DNA of 57,266 nucleotides from an uncultured Bacilli bacterium (GTDB lineage Bacteria; Bacillota_I; Bacilli_A; RF39; UBA660): NCBI GenBank assembly GCA_947627925.1, contig CANQXW010000004.1, positions 1 to 57,266 of the forward strand, read 5' to 3'. Shown piece by piece: positions 56,442 to 57,266 of this stretch (position 1 is its first letter; each line of letters starts with the position of its first letter). The notes under the pieces were generated by a model. It saw only the letters and a program-made list of their open reading frames with translations, ran no database searches and was not told where the DNA came from. The position numbers and the translations under genes were made by a program.

Positions 56442-56981
56442 TTAGATTTTATACATTTTTGATTTATTTCTAGTTGCTAAATATGCTGCTGTTGCAAGAA
56501 CGACAATGCCACCTAAAGCTATATATGGTAAAGTGGCACCAGTTTGTTTATTCTCAGTTGGAGCGTCTGGAGTTGTAGTAACTGTTTTACTTTCTGTAGA
56601 AACTTCTACACCACAATCATCAGTTCCTGATGGAACATAAGAGAATGTAAATAAATTACCCGTACCAGTTGATCCTGGAGAATTTAACTTTACAGTCCAA
56701 ACACCATTAGCGGTTGTATGATCAACAACAGACCAATCAGATCCAGCAGCAGATAATACGCTTTGAATTTTAGCGCCACCCTTTTCCGTTAAAGTAACGG
56801 TAGCTTCACTAAGATTATCTCCTGTAATTTGATATACAAGGGTACAAGTTATGACACCATCCCCTCCACTTTTACAATCACCATTTGCTTGGGGATCACG
56901 TATTCCTAATCCAGCAGCCTTTACATTTAATGGTATTAATACAACTAATGTCATTAATAATAAGCTTAAATATTTTTTCAA
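56442..56981 (-). CDS. secreted surface protein with C-terminal cell-wall-sorting-like signal
   Basis: 179 aa. Signal peptide '[16 protein letters not shown]'. The C-terminus has 'ENKQTG', a hydrophobic helix '[21 protein letters not shown]' and a basic tail 'TRNKSK'. Confidence 0.6.
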   Translation of the reverse strand: MKKYLSLLLMTLVVLIPLNVKAAGLGIRDPQANGDCKSGGDGVITCTLVYQITGDNLSEATVTLTEKGGAKIQSVLSAAGSDWSVVDHTTANGVWTVKLNSPGSTGTGNLFTFSYVPSGTDDCGVEVSTESKTVTTTPDAPTENKQTGATLPYIALGGIVVLATAAYLATRNKSKMYKI

Positions 56982-57109
56982 CTTTATCCTCTCCTACTCT
57001 TTATTATGTCAACATTATATCATAAAAATGCAAAAATCTACATTTTTTCCCAATTTTTTTATTAAATTGTGTCAAATTGTGTTATTATAATAGTAAGGAG
57101 TATTTAATA

Positions 57110-57208
57110 ATGATAAAAGTTCTTTTTCAAATAAAAGCTAACAAACTCATTGTTCAAGAAAAAAAGCGGTTAAAGCAAGAACAAAAAAGTCCCGAGTTTG
57201 ACAGATGA
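57110..57208 (+). CDS. possible 32-aa small ORF or truncated gene start
   Basis: ATG preceded by GTAAGGAG at 9 nt. Encodes MIKVLFQIKANKLIVQEKKRLKQEQKSPEFDR and stops at TGA (57206..57208). Too short to judge. Confidence 0.2.
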   Translation: MIKVLFQIKANKLIVQEKKRLKQEQKSPEFDR

Positions 57209-57266
57209 TGAAAAAAATAGAAGTCTAATTTAAACCGAAAATAAAGTAAAATTAGGCTTTTCTTTT

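Noticed and set aside
1-57266. Mollicute-type genetic code (TGA=Trp), considered because of the very low GC
   Set aside because: Conserved genes end at TGA where expected (for example the carboxypeptidase at 42573..42575). Conserved proteins are full-length under the standard code with Trp encoded by TGG, and sporulation genes argue for a walled Firmicute.

Overview
This is an AT-rich chromosomal segment (roughly 25-30% GC by eye) from a low-GC, endospore-forming Firmicute. Nearly all genes are on the minus strand and it reads with the standard bacterial code.

Gene content from left to right:
- The translation/transcription operon rimP-nusA-ylxR-infB-rbfA-(GNAT-like ORF)-truB.
- A few membrane and GNAT genes.
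- Three sigma-factor genes in a row: a 1059-aa RpoD-like protein with a 578-aa repeat-containing C-terminal extension, plus two tandem paralogs.
- A DUF3800 gene and tRNA-Arg(CCU).
- A sporulation block: a spoIIAA-like gene, a sigF-like gene and spoVAC/D/E, with no spoIIAB.
- Two membrane-anchored secreted proteins, a small XRE regulator and an LCP-family enzyme.
- A ~20 kb type VII secretion (T7SSb-like) locus at ~22.3-42.5 kb.
- Housekeeping genes: a PBP5-type carboxypeptidase, a HAD hydrolase, phosphoketolase, a CsoR-like repressor, a CotY/ExsY-like spore protein, a SEDS protein, an ABC transporter, a YfcC-like carrier, lysS and a surface protein.

The most interesting region is the T7SS-like locus.
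- It encodes EssC and a YukD/EsaB-like protein, but I cannot recognise EssA, EssB/YukC or EsaA/YueB.
- It begins with a consensus TTGACA-N16-TATAAT promoter whose spacer contains a G9 homopolymer, a candidate phase-variation switch.
- It carries two tandem pairs of small helical proteins and a fused double-WXG protein.
- It encodes a 2441-aa effector with an HExxH motif, a papain-like C-terminal domain and internal tandem repeats.
- It ends with a co-transcribed HerA/FtsK-superfamily ATPase.

All functional calls rest on motif recognition and gene context only; no searches were run.
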